Positions 57,101-64,000 of a DNA stretch of 64,000 bases are shown one piece after another (position 1 is the first letter of the stretch; each line of letters opens with the position of its first letter). Source of the stretch: an uncultured Anaerolineales bacterium (GTDB lineage: Bacteria > Chloroflexota > Anaerolineae > UBA1429). Under the pieces are notes generated by a model that was not told the DNA's origin, made no database searches, and saw only the letters and a program-made list of their open reading frames with translations. The translations under genes were made by a program, and so were the position numbers. The stretch lies in NCBI GenBank assembly GCA_964407215.1, contig CAYOUT010000016.1, positions 4,473 through 68,472 on the forward strand. The letters run 5' to 3'.

Positions 57101-57247
57101 TGAGGCACTCAACAGGAGGGCGGAAGAGCTCGCCTCGGTGTGCAGCGCCGGGCGCGCCGTCGCCGAGAGGGCCAGCACAACCAAGAGGCAGATCACCGTT
57201 CGACGGACAAGAGATGAATGCTGATGCACGAGGTGTATTCCCCACAA
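54179..57247 (-). CDS. Secreted multi-domain protein: signal peptide, DUF11-like repeat, clan GH-A (GH5-like) catalytic domain, C-terminal NHL/YVTN beta-propeller
   Basis: N-terminal hydrophobic signal. TYSVVVQNVGEESGRGTTVSF (DUF11-like). LYIEVWNEPNLNHEWSG and LKVLLTETGYALG GH-A motifs. C-terminal repeated …LYV…PxxxAxD… blades. The stop overlaps the dnaG start by 4 nt. Confidence 0.75.
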   Translation of the reverse strand: MWGIHLVHQHSSLVRRTVICLLVVLALSATARPALHTEASSSALLLSASAPSPVSAGEELTYSVVVQNVGEESGRGTTVSFRLPTGFSFVQGSAEIYNNGVRVSSQTPLIHGSLLTWLDLTVPPGGGQPLYGMHTFVQGKWEDTNYQLDSVKRLMGDGAFVKQLLHPIDADTSGPQQNWINFVNGCYDRGLVPVLRLEGHYNSNVFPERWEKPVASPTGDYSAVAAGFRRVVQGLPRRDGHLLYIEVWNEPNLNHEWSGAANPVEYARFLVAVSDAIRSIGDPRIRILNGGLSPGGNIGPVEFIRGMATVPRALHAFDVWATHTYPGNRPPEVNLRADPLLSLPDLSIDSYRIELAELARQGRTGLKVLLTETGYALGANDLYWLYSEIGEGNRADYMVRAFRDYWAHWPEVLGVCPYQLEDPSHEWAVWDWHGHAQYDAVLQLPKSGAPRAGQLIVRFRAKASPVAGAYTGQASVSTSNLGSLSVSDAAPVQVRGGVAPTPTSPPGTMPPPTLCRPLLRNGGFEQDGAWTLLDGPYPPAYVTSPVHDGRRAMRVGIVDGPRVHSYSSVQQTFRVPDDAASLRISFWHYSVATDLSWNRQYAILLDESGETVEWIFWGASASARWNYFEHELLGYAGRTLTLRFSVRNGQTGGTAGMYVDSVQAMACGIPADLGSPQVWLPIVSRAGRFPPSGRAAAALQSESTPPLEPGPLNEPTLDRPQGLAQLATLPPDEGSVHALAWDPPRRRVVAAAGTRLTVLDGIGGRTLFEADLGGEATALAVDERDGTIYAALPASGQVQVWSAAGALEATLPGLGRPVALALAPGRVYVADAEGSRVVALDDTTHTPLAERSMDLVPMALAVDPAAGRLYVAQASHPQIVSLDADTLDVAGETGLGSTGYPMALALDGASQRLYVTHRLSPKYGAISVIDTSTLAVLNTLWGNPSRPLWGAGAVAVDGPGERVLFRTGQELLTLDAASLAIRSEQDAPGSVPGPMALDEIDGVAYLVGAQGRLWSLGLGEIP

Positions 57248-57412
57248 TGGCTGAGCTCATCGAGCGCGGATATGCAGGGCTCTCGGCTGTACTCTACCAA
57301 CAGAACTTTTTCTCGAGAAGCGAGTGCGCCGGGGGAAACAAGGCCAGACCCTCGAGGGCCTGGCCTCAGTTTCAACGTTGCGAGGCCGATCGCAGAGGTC
57401 GGCTCCGCGCCA

Positions 57413-60079
<2,667 letters not shown>

Positions 60080-60256
60080 AGAAAAAAACCTCCCAACTGT
60101 TATGCCCCATTTTCAAACAAATCGATTATAGCGGCGATAAGCAAAGAGGGCAAGTCTCCGATATAGGCGCCAGCAACTCTGTGCTGTGCCCTGCGTAAAG
60201 GATCTCAGAGCGCACTCGCGGCGACGGCGCCGTAAGGACCCCTTGGGAGGTGGGCC

Positions 60257-60625
60257 ATGAGCTTTTTGGGCAATCTGGTGTGGTTGATTTTCGGCGGGTT
60301 TTTCGTGTTTCTGGGCTATCTGATCGGCGGAGTCGTCCTGTGCCTCACCGTTGTGGGGATCCCATTCGGGGTGCAGCTGTTCAAGCTGTCGCTGTTGGCG
60401 CTCTCGCCCTTTGGCAAGGAGGTCGACACGACGGGCTCGGCGCGGGGTCTGCTGCCGATCCTGATGAACGTGTTGTGGTGGGTGTTCGGCGGCGTCGAGG
60501 TGGCGATCGTACACCTGTTGTTCGCCCTGATTCTGGCGATCACTGTGGTGGGCTTGCCCCTCGCCAGGCAGCACATGAAGCTGCTGTTGCTGGCGCTCGT
60601 GCCCTTTGGGGCGCGCATCGAGTGA
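60257..60625 (+). CDS. yccF: YccF-domain inner membrane protein (DUF307)
   Basis: Two repeats of the YccF motif (…LGNLVWLIFGG…GIPFG…; …NVLWWVFGG…GLPLAR…). GGGAGG RBS is present. Confidence 0.85.
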   Translation: MSFLGNLVWLIFGGFFVFLGYLIGGVVLCLTVVGIPFGVQLFKLSLLALSPFGKEVDTTGSARGLLPILMNVLWWVFGGVEVAIVHLLFALILAITVVGLPLARQHMKLLLLALVPFGARIE

Positions 60626-60681
60626 GCGCGGGCGTTGGCACGCGGCACAGATCGTATGCCAACGCCCCGTGATCCCGGATT

Positions 60682-63666
60682 CTAGAACCCCTCCAGCGCC
60701 GTCAGGTCTACGATGCCCTCGGTGAGAGAGCCGATCCCCTGCAGCAGCCCCAGGCGGCTGTTGCGCATGGGCAGGTCGTCGGTCATGACGAGTATATCCT
60801 CAAAGAAGCGAGTGATGTGGGGCTGGAGATCCAGCAGCGCCTCGCACAGGGCGTCCACCGTGCTCTCTGCGACCACCCGCCGTCGGACGCCGCGGTAGGC
60901 GCGCACCAGGGCGGCTGAGGCCGGCTCGGTGAGGAGCCTCTCATCGATAGCGTGAGCCTCCTCAAGGCTGCGGGTGATGCGCACACAGCGCGCATAGCTG
61001 TCGAGCAGTTGCCCCCAGTCGCAGCGCTCAACCCAGGGCACGAGATCCTGCAGCGTCCGGTACGCCAGGTAGGGGTCGTACCCGCGCTCGGCGAGCACCG
61101 CATCCACCAAGTCGTAGTGGAAGCCGCCCTCCAGCAGATAGCCGCGATAGCGCCGCTCGATATAGTCCAGCACCTCGCGTTGGACCTCCTCCGAGACCTC
61201 GACGGGGAGCCCGTCCGCCGCCAGCGAGATGATCTCGGGCAGCGCGACGGAGAGCCTCTTGCCCAGAAGGAGCTGCAGGACGCCCAAGGCCGCTCTGCGC
61301 AGGCCCCAAGGGTCCGCCGCACCCGACGGCCGAACGCCCACGGCAAAGAGCCCCACGAGTGTGTCCATTCGATCGGCGAGCCCCAGTGCGAGCCCCGGCA
61401 TCTCGGAGGGGAGCTGATCGCCCGCGGAGCCGGGCAGATAGTGCTCCTCGATCGCGAGGGCTACATGGGGCGGTTCGCCAGAGCGCTCCGCATAGTGTCG
61501 GCCCATCCGCCCCTGCAGGGAGGTGAGCTCGACCACCAACTGGGTGGCCAGGTCGCTCTTGCTGAGAGAGGCGGCGCGCTGGGCTGCAACCCTCTCGGCA
61601 TCCGACAGGCCCAAAAGATCCGCTACCTGGGGCACGAGCCGCTCCAAGCGATGTACTTTATCGAGCACTGAGCCGAGCCGCTCTTGGAACATCAGTGTAT
61701 CCAAGCGCGCGGTGAAATCCTCCAGGGGCCGCTTGACGTCGGCGTCGTAAAAGAAGGCGGCGTCGGCGTAACGCGCGCGCAGCACCTCCTCGTTGCCGTG
61801 GCGCACAGCATCCACATCGAGGTTGGCGCCGTTGGCGACGGCGATGAAATGCGGCAGCAGCTCGCCATCCCGAACGATGGGGAGGTATCGCTGATGCGTT
61901 CGCATCACCGCCAACAACACCTCGGGCGGCAAGCGAAGGTATTCTTTATCAAAGGCGCCCCGGATGGCCAACGGGTGCTCCACCAGGCTGGCCACCTCAC
62001 GCAACAACGCAGGGGCCTCGGGCACCCGCCCGCCAACCTCGGCGGCCAACGCCTCGGCCTGAGACCACACGCTCGCCTCTCGCTCGGCGCGGTCGAGCAC
62101 CACCCCGGCATCGCGCAACGCCGCGGCATACTCGCGCGCGGACGTTAGGGGGATCTCGGGCGAACCCAGCGATCTGATGCCTCGCGACACCCGGCCACTG
62201 CGCGCGCCGGCATACTCAAAGGGAACGACCTGGTCGCCGAGCAGCGCTACGAACCAGCGCAGCGGGCGCGAAAAGCTCACGCCGCTGCTGTTCCAGCGCA
62301 TACTCTTGGAGAAGGTCAGGCTTGCGACGACCTGCGGCAACACCTCGGCCAGCACCTGGCTCGCGGGCCGCCCGCGTTCTACCACCACCGCCACAACGTA
62401 ATCGCGACCGTCCACGTTGCGCGTCTGGAGGGCAGAGACATCTACGCCCTGGCCGCGTGCGAACCCCAGCGCCGCCTTGGTGGGGTTACCCGCCTCATCG
62501 TAGGCTATACGCGCGGCCGGCCCCCTGGCCACGCGTTCCTCATCGGCCTGTGTGGCCCCCAGCCCCTGTACCAGCGCTACCAGGCGCCTGGGCGTGCCCA
62601 CCACGCGCAGGCCGCGGAAGGCGAGGCGGGCCTCCTGAAGGGCCGTGCGCAGGTTGCCCTCTAGCTGCACCAGCGCAGCGTCCAGGTCGCCCACGGGCAG
62701 TTCCTCGCACCCGATCTCTAACGCCAGCTCGAACGGCCCCTCACCCTCGGGCTGCGTGGGCTGAGGCAGGGGCGCGACGGCGGGCGGGGACACAACGTTC
62801 TTGTGCAAGAAGGGGTGGCCGAGATCCTCGCGCTGCTTCACATAGAGCGCCGCCACCTCGCGCGACAGATCGCGCATTCGCACAAAGTAGCGGGCGCGCT
62901 CCGTCACGCCGATGGCCCCCCGGGCGTCCAGCACGTTGAACACGTGCGAACACGCGAGGACCTGATCGTGGGCCGGCATCACCAGGCCGCGAGCCAGCGC
63001 GTTCTTGGCCTCGGCCTCGGCCAGATCGTACATCTGGCGCAGATTGGCCACGTCGGCCACCTCAAAGTTGTAGATGCACTGCTCGATCTCGCTCTGTAGA
63101 TGCATATCGCCGTAGGTGACGGCGCCGCGCCATATGATGTCGGGAAAGCCGCGCACACCCTGCAGCACCATAACGATCCGCTCCAAGCCGTAGGTGAGCT
63201 CCACCGATACGGGGTCGAGCGTCTGGCCTCCGGCCTGCTGAAAGTAGGTGTACTGGCTGATCTCCTGCCCGTCCAACCACACCTCCCAGCCCAGCCCCCA
63301 GGCACCAAGAGCGGGGGACTCCCAGTTGTCCTCCACAAAGCGGACATCGTGCGCGCCAGCGTCGATGCCCAGGGCTTTGAGGCTCTCCAGATAGAGCTCT
63401 TGCGGGTTGCCGGGGTCCGGCTTGAGGATGACCTGATATTGGTAGTATTGTTGCCAGCGATTGGGGTTCTCTCCGTAGCGGCCATCGTCGGGGCGCACAG
63501 AGGGCTCGGGATAGGCCACGTTCCAGGGCTCGGGCCCCAACACACGAAGCACGGTGGCCGGATTCATGGTGCCAGCGCCCACCTTGACGTTGTACGGCTG
63601 CCACAAAAGGCATCCGTGGTCCGCCCAGAACTCGTTGAGTCGCATGATCGCCGTCTGGAAATCCAT
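60682..63666 (-). CDS. glyQS: Glycine--tRNA ligase, fused alpha-beta (GlyQ-GlyS) polypeptide
   Basis: N-terminal ~290 aa match GlyQ ([25 protein letters not shown]…[22 protein letters not shown]). The remainder matches GlyS. It is a single ORF of ~995 aa. Confidence 0.9.
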   Translation of the reverse strand: MDFQTAIMRLNEFWADHGCLLWQPYNVKVGAGTMNPATVLRVLGPEPWNVAYPEPSVRPDDGRYGENPNRWQQYYQYQVILKPDPGNPQELYLESLKALGIDAGAHDVRFVEDNWESPALGAWGLGWEVWLDGQEISQYTYFQQAGGQTLDPVSVELTYGLERIVMVLQGVRGFPDIIWRGAVTYGDMHLQSEIEQCIYNFEVADVANLRQMYDLAEAEAKNALARGLVMPAHDQVLACSHVFNVLDARGAIGVTERARYFVRMRDLSREVAALYVKQREDLGHPFLHKNVVSPPAVAPLPQPTQPEGEGPFELALEIGCEELPVGDLDAALVQLEGNLRTALQEARLAFRGLRVVGTPRRLVALVQGLGATQADEERVARGPAARIAYDEAGNPTKAALGFARGQGVDVSALQTRNVDGRDYVVAVVVERGRPASQVLAEVLPQVVASLTFSKSMRWNSSGVSFSRPLRWFVALLGDQVVPFEYAGARSGRVSRGIRSLGSPEIPLTSAREYAAALRDAGVVLDRAEREASVWSQAEALAAEVGGRVPEAPALLREVASLVEHPLAIRGAFDKEYLRLPPEVLLAVMRTHQRYLPIVRDGELLPHFIAVANGANLDVDAVRHGNEEVLRARYADAAFFYDADVKRPLEDFTARLDTLMFQERLGSVLDKVHRLERLVPQVADLLGLSDAERVAAQRAASLSKSDLATQLVVELTSLQGRMGRHYAERSGEPPHVALAIEEHYLPGSAGDQLPSEMPGLALGLADRMDTLVGLFAVGVRPSGAADPWGLRRAALGVLQLLLGKRLSVALPEIISLAADGLPVEVSEEVQREVLDYIERRYRGYLLEGGFHYDLVDAVLAERGYDPYLAYRTLQDLVPWVERCDWGQLLDSYARCVRITRSLEEAHAIDERLLTEPASAALVRAYRGVRRRVVAESTVDALCEALLDLQPHITRFFEDILVMTDDLPMRNSRLGLLQGIGSLTEGIVDLTALEGF

Positions 63667-63752
63667 GGGATACCCCCGCATTGTAGGTGTAAGGCACAAA
63701 AAAGCGCGGGGGCACGCCGTCGGCCGAGCGGCATTCCGGGACCCCCGCGCGG

Positions 63753-64000
63753 TTAGCTTCCAGTTGCTCGCAGTTCTCTGCGTATACGCTGCAAAAAAAC
63801 CACCGATTTCAGCTCGCGCTCCAGCACGTACTCTAGATACCCTTGGAGCAGCGCCTCCACCTCGCCGTGGGTGGCACTGCCGACGCGCAGTCGTGCGACC
63901 TCGGAGGGGCTACGCGTCTGCAAAAAACGCAGCACCTTTTGCGCCGCCACAGACACTGCCGTCGTTAGCCGGTCTTCCGCTGCACACTGTGCGCATAGCA
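63753..64000 (-). CDS. recO: DNA repair protein RecO, C-terminal part (gene continues beyond window end)
   Basis: The C-terminal sequence …[27 protein letters not shown] resembles the RecO C-terminus. The frame is open to the window edge. Confidence 0.55.
   Translation of the reverse strand, partial: LCAQCAAEDRLTTAVSVAAQKVLRFLQTRSPSEVARLRVGSATHGEVEALLQGYLEYVLERELKSVVFLQRIRRELRATGS

Overview
This is a 64-kb, very GC-rich (~68-70%) bacterial chromosomal window with dense coding and many overlapping start/stop codons. The gene content fits a Chloroflexota/Thermomicrobia-like or other high-GC thermophile-like lineage, but the taxon cannot be assigned from sequence alone. About 38 supported CDS and one tRNA-Asn(GTT) are present. 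No rRNA, CRISPR array or clear mobile element was found.

Housekeeping genes identified: udk, folP-folK, murA, mreB, mobA, acpP, fni-idsA (type-2 IPP isomerase plus polyprenyl synthase), a class-A PBP, hemW, alaX, ssb, dnaG-rpoD, ppdK, fused glyQS, and a partial recO at the window edge.

Accessory, envelope and secreted content is prominent:
- An S8 subtilase.
- Three paralogous clan GH-A glycoside-hydrolase catalytic domains (NEP acid/base and TE-G nucleophile motifs) set in three different architectures.
- A PBP1C-like gene overlapping by ATGA with a 1961-aa alpha-2-macroglobulin homologue that has a lipoprotein signal and a CIEQ thioester-like motif.
- A CPBP protease placed divergently from a PHP phosphoesterase + CpXC-domain operon.
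- Two tandem URO-D-family paralogs beside a TAT-secreted family-5 substrate-binding protein.

Other notable points:
- A tyrosine-recombinase-like protein next to mreB has substitutions at most catalytic positions.
- FolP carries a ~140-aa N-terminal extension.
- An orphan CoxM-like FAD subunit is translationally coupled (GTGA) to hemW, behind a promoter carrying a perfect GTTCTAGAAC palindrome.
- A 14-bp perfect palindrome sits in the ssb leader.
- An intrinsic terminator lies on the + strand in a region with no + strand gene, suggesting a possible sRNA.

Many long antisense ORFs in the supplied six-frame track are high-GC artefacts and were rejected.
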